DNA of 64,000 nucleotides from Pecten maximus (Eukaryota). Shown piece by piece: positions 63,701 through 64,000 of this stretch. Both the position numbers and the translations under genes were made by a program. Location: the NCBI RefSeq assembly GCF_902652985.1, contig NC_047016.1, forward strand, positions 20,212,001-20,276,000, written 5' to 3'. The first letter of the stretch is position 1; each line of letters begins with the position of its first letter. The notes beneath the pieces were generated by a model. The model saw nothing but the letters and a program-made list of their open reading frames with translations. It did not search any database and had not been told where the DNA came from.

Positions 63701-64000
63701 ATTACCCTCAGAAGTATCTGTCCTCTTGTAACATTACCCTCCGAAGTATCTGTCCAGTTGTACCATTACCTTCAGTAGTGTCTATCCTGTTGTAACATTA
63801 CCCTAAGTAGTGTCTGTCCTGTTGTACCATTAACCTCAGCAATGCCTGTCTGGTTGTACCATTACCCTCAGGAGTGTCTGTCCTGTTGTACCATTACCCT
63901 CAGTAGTGTCTGATCTGTTGTACCATTACCCTCAGTAGTGTCTGTCCTGTTGAACCATTACCCTCAGTAGTGTCTGTCCTGTTGAACCATTTCCCTCAGA
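60800..64000. repeat. 32-bp satellite GTCCTGTTGTACCATTACCCTCAGTAGTGTCT
   Basis: Tandem copies running off the window end. Confidence 0.96.

Overview
AT-rich eukaryotic (invertebrate, most likely bivalve mollusc) genomic DNA containing two spliced genes arranged head-to-head, with start codons only 394 bp apart. On the minus strand is an adenylate kinase 5-like gene: 14 coding exons, 38725->8787, about 629 aa, with an N-terminal Dpy-30/RIIa-type docking domain and two tandem AK domains that share the same exon structure. On the plus strand is PIG-K/GPI8, the catalytic subunit of GPI transamidase: 10 coding exons, 39120->50462, about 353 aa, with no C-terminal transmembrane helix. Human PIGK and AK5 are also divergent neighbours. 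Introns and flanks are filled with about 15 minisatellite arrays, SINEs, MITEs, Helentron-like elements and decayed Penelope-like fragments, and there is one 190-N gap. The long ORFs in the supplied track are almost all repeat-derived. Main observations: (i) a type I hammerhead ribozyme inside a highly structured 291-bp unit bounded by 14-bp inverted repeats, in the probable PIG-K 3' UTR, with a second degenerate antisense hammerhead nearby; (ii) a 2.4-kb intronic block that is a T->G transliteration of the adjacent 27-bp minisatellite, probably a long-read basecalling artefact but needing a check; (iii) apparently deep PIGK-AK5 microsynteny around a compact bidirectional promoter; (iv) several minisatellites nucleated on SINE heads or on a splice donor.
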